64,000 bases of DNA from Candidatus Eiseniibacteriota bacterium. Lineage in GTDB: Bacteria > Eisenbacteria > RBG-16-71-46 > CAZAMP01. Every line of letters begins with the position of its first letter. Position 1 is the first letter of the stretch. The stretch lies in contig OZ245046.1 of NCBI GenBank assembly GCA_965224245.1, positions 96,001 through 160,000 of the forward strand, read 5' to 3'. Positions 61,121 to 64,000 of this stretch are shown here, piece by piece. The notes beneath the pieces were generated by a model. It was given only the letters and a program-made list of their open reading frames with translations, was not told where the DNA came from and did no database searches. Made by a program: the position numbers and the translations under genes.

Positions 61121-64000
61121 ATGTCTAGCAGCTGCAACACGATGAACTTGATCGCGCTGGGAGTCGCACTGGCGTCCCACGGACTCGCCACGATCGCGAG
61201 CACGGCTGACTTCGAGGTCGAGGTGGTGGAGACCGTCCCAGATCTCTTCAGGTCCTGGACCGCGATCGCGATCGACTCCCAGGGCCGTCCGCACGTCGCC
61301 TACACCTCATTCGAGAGCGATGGCACGGGAAGCGACGTCAAGTATGGAGTTCGAACATTCCCCGGCTGGCAGCTGGAGTTCCTCGGCGATGATACCAGCA
61401 CCGGCACGAGTCGGGTGTCGCTGGCTCTCGATGCAGAAGACGATCCGCACATCGCCTACGTCGGCATATACGCGCCGATCAATCACGGCGTCATTCATGC
61501 CGAGCGGCCCACCGGCGCCTGGAACCTCGAGTGGGTGGACAGCAGGCCATTCGGTGGCTACTCGTTCGACCTGGCGGGCATCGAGATCGACGAGAATGGA
61601 AAGCTGCACGTACTGAGCGACCAGGCCAATCGACCCCATTCCCTCTGGTACTCGAGCAAGGTTCCCGGCGGGTCGTGGACGGTCGAGCTGGAGCTCGACA
61701 GCAACGGTGCGGCCGCGATAGCGCTGGGTAGCGACGAGAAGCCTCGGTTTCTCTACGCACAGTATCCCGGGCCCGAGTACTTCACCTATCCCGATCCCGA
61801 CACACCGGGCTCCTGGTTCACGCAGAGCATCGGGTACAGCGCCCTCGACGCGAACGTGCGCCTCGCCATGGACGGAACGTCGATTGCGTACGGGCTGGGA
61901 TACGAGCAGGGCTCCGACGACCTCCTCTTCGCGCGCAGAATGGGGACGTGGTCCGTCGACGTCGTCACGAACGTCGGCCAGGTCGAGACCGGAGGCGGAA
62001 AGTCCGAAATCGCCGTCGACGGTGGCGGCGTGGTGCACATCGCCTTCTACGACGGGGCTCAGCAGGATCTGCGGTACGGGCGATGGGACGGTAGCTCGTG
62101 GGAGCTGCAGACCGTCGCGTCGGCCGGCGACGTCGGGAACTACTGCTCGATCGCGGTCGATCCCTGGGACCAGCCGCACATCAGCTTCTGGGACGAGACG
62201 TCCAAGAGCATCGGCTATGCCGGCGTCCACGACTGCGACCACGACGGCGTGTCCGACGCCGACGAGATCGCGGCCGGGACCGCCTTCGACTGCAACGGCA
62301 ACGGGATCCCCGACGAGTGTGACGTCCTGACCGGGGCCGCGGAGGATTGCAACGGGAACGGGCTCGCCGATTCGTGCGAGACCGACTGCAACGCGAACGG
62401 CGTGCCGGATGATTGCGACATCGCCGGCGGCACGTCACAGGACTGCAACGGCGACGGTGTTCCCGACGAGTGCGAGCCCGACTGTGACGGCGACGGCGTT
62501 CCGGATGCCTGCGATACGTTCGAGGATTGCAACATGAACGGGGTGCCCGACGAGTGCGACATCGCCGACGGCACGTCCTACGACTGCAACATCAACGGCA
62601 TCCCGGACGAGTGTGACGGGCTGCCCGACTGCAACGAGAACGGCGTTCCCGATCGGTGCGACATTCTCGACGGCACGTCCGACGACTGCGATTTCGACGA
62701 CGTCCCGGACGAGTGTCAGGCGTCGTACGCCGACTGCAACGGAAACGGCATCTTCGATCGCTGCGACATCGAGGATGGGACGTCCCTGGACTGCAACGTC
62801 AACCTCACACCGGACGAGTGTGACCTCGTGGATGGGTACACCGATTGCGATCTCGATGGGGTGATCGACGTCTGCAACCTCGTGCTGAAGCTCGAGCTGG
62901 GTGGTGCCTCGGCCGGCAACTACTTCGGATCGGCGATCGCGAGCGGGGACATGAACGGCGACGGACTCCCGGACCTCATGGTCGGAGCCCCGGGCTTCGG
63001 GGCCAGGCTCGTGTACGTCTACCTCGGCGGCGAGCCGATGGACGACGTGCCCGACCTGGAGCTGAGCGGCACCGGCGCGACGTTCGGCACGGCGATCGCG
63101 GTGGGAGACTTCAACGCGGACACCTACGACGACGTCGCCGTGGGGGCTCCCCACTCGGGCTCCGGAGCCAAGCGCGTGTACGTGTTCCTCGGCTCATCGG
63201 TTCCCGACGCGTCCGCCGACGTCGTCATCAGCGCAGGCACGAGCGGAGCCAACAACGAGTTCGGCGCGGCGCTGGCGGCGGTGAACGTGAACGGGGACGC
63301 GAACATGGATCTGGCGGTGGGGGTGCCCGCGAACGGGAACGCCCACGTCCGGATCTATCTCGGCGACGACTTGACGAGCACGTGGGCGACGCTCACCGGC
63401 GCGGGCACCAGCGACGAGTTCGGCGCGTCGGTCGGAAACGCCGGTGACGTGGATGGAGACGGACTCGAGGACGTCGTGGTCGGGGAGTTCGAGAGCGACG
63501 TGCCGGGCTTCCCCGCGGCCGGACGCGCGCATCTGTTCCTCTCGCAGCCCGGCGGGACGCCGGTACCGGGCCCGGAGTACCTCGGCGAGGCCGCGGGATC
63601 CCGCTTCGGCTACACGGTCTCGGGCGCGGGGGACGTGAACGACGACGGCTTCGCCGACGTGGTGGTGGGGGCTCCGTATCACGCCACGTCCGTCAGAGGG
63701 GCCGCGTTCCTCTACCTGGGCGACGTGGTGCCCGACGCCACGGTGGATCTCATGATCGAGGGCATCGACTGGTTCGATCCCATCGGGGGCACGGTCGGGC
63801 CGGCCGGTGACGTGAACGGCGACGGCATCGACGACTTCCTGGTGGGAGTCGGTCTGGGTGGCTTCGGTGACGGGCTCGCGCACCTGTACTTCGGGGGCGA
63901 CGACCTCGACGCCGAGAGCGAGAGGGTGTTCTTCGCGCCGCTCTCGTACGACGGCGTGGGCTCGGTGGGACCGCTCGGAGACATCGACGGGGACGGATAC
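61121..64000 (+). CDS. Large secreted protein (partial): beta-propeller, DCNxNGxPDxC repeats, FG-GAP repeats
   Basis: Frame is consistent at the points checked from ATG 61121 (alternative 61142) to the window end; absent from the ORF track, presumably because it has no stop in the window. IAIDSQGRPHVAY-type repeats, tandem DCNGNGIPDEC, then GD(M/V)NGDG..D...GAP repeats. Confidence 0.88.
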   Translation, partial: MSSSCNTMNLIALGVALASHGLATIASTADFEVEVVETVPDLFRSWTAIAIDSQGRPHVAYTSFESDGTGSDVKYGVRTFPGWQLEFLGDDTSTGTSRVSLALDAEDDPHIAYVGIYAPINHGVIHAERPTGAWNLEWVDSRPFGGYSFDLAGIEIDENGKLHVLSDQANRPHSLWYSSKVPGGSWTVELELDSNGAAAIALGSDEKPRFLYAQYPGPEYFTYPDPDTPGSWFTQSIGYSALDANVRLAMDGTSIAYGLGYEQGSDDLLFARRMGTWSVDVVTNVGQVETGGGKSEIAVDGGGVVHIAFYDGAQQDLRYGRWDGSSWELQTVASAGDVGNYCSIAVDPWDQPHISFWDETSKSIGYAGVHDCDHDGVSDADEIAAGTAFDCNGNGIPDECDVLTGAAEDCNGNGLADSCETDCNANGVPDDCDIAGGTSQDCNGDGVPDECEPDCDGDGVPDACDTFEDCNMNGVPDECDIADGTSYDCNINGIPDECDGLPDCNENGVPDRCDILDGTSDDCDFDDVPDECQASYADCNGNGIFDRCDIEDGTSLDCNVNLTPDECDLVDGYTDCDLDGVIDVCNLVLKLELGGASAGNYFGSAIASGDMNGDGLPDLMVGAPGFGARLVYVYLGGEPMDDVPDLELSGTGATFGTAIAVGDFNADTYDDVAVGAPHSGSGAKRVYVFLGSSVPDASADVVISAGTSGANNEFGAALAAVNVNGDANMDLAVGVPANGNAHVRIYLGDDLTSTWATLTGAGTSDEFGASVGNAGDVDGDGLEDVVVGEFESDVPGFPAAGRAHLFLSQPGGTPVPGPEYLGEAAGSRFGYTVSGAGDVNDDGFADVVVGAPYHATSVRGAAFLYLGDVVPDATVDLMIEGIDWFDPIGGTVGPAGDVNGDGIDDFLVGVGLGGFGDGLAHLYFGGDDLDAESERVFFAPLSYDGVGSVGPLGDIDGDGY

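Overview
High-GC bacterial window with no rRNA, tRNA, CRISPR array or transposase that I can recognise. The gene content suggests an FCB-related lineage such as Ca. Eisenbacteria, Krumholzibacteriota or Latescibacterota (inference). Four themes dominate. (i) Secreted or surface proteins: eight unrelated passengers end in the same FlgD-Ig/T9SS-like C-terminal domain (CTD), always closing with [KR]xxxxR-stop. One small CTD protein is translationally coupled to a CTD-less fibre-like protein, there are frameshifted orphan CTD relics, and one protein carries a different candidate tail (SWGAIKARY). (ii) Four Hanks-type Ser/Thr kinases, three paired with TIGR02999-type ECF sigma factors and one STAND-like kinase-ATPase-TPR next to a PGAM5-like phosphatase. 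(iii) Oxidative-stress genes: fur-katG and a 1-Cys peroxiredoxin. (iv) Assorted enzymes: tyrosinase-vWA fusion, secreted PLD, radical SAM, NAT, GNATs, SDR and serine hydrolases. Non-coding signals include a ~150 bp intergenic element in two copies plus a partial third, a motif shared upstream of two lipoprotein genes, perfect palindromes and a ~210 bp AT-rich island. All functional calls come from motif reading by eye; no database searches were run.
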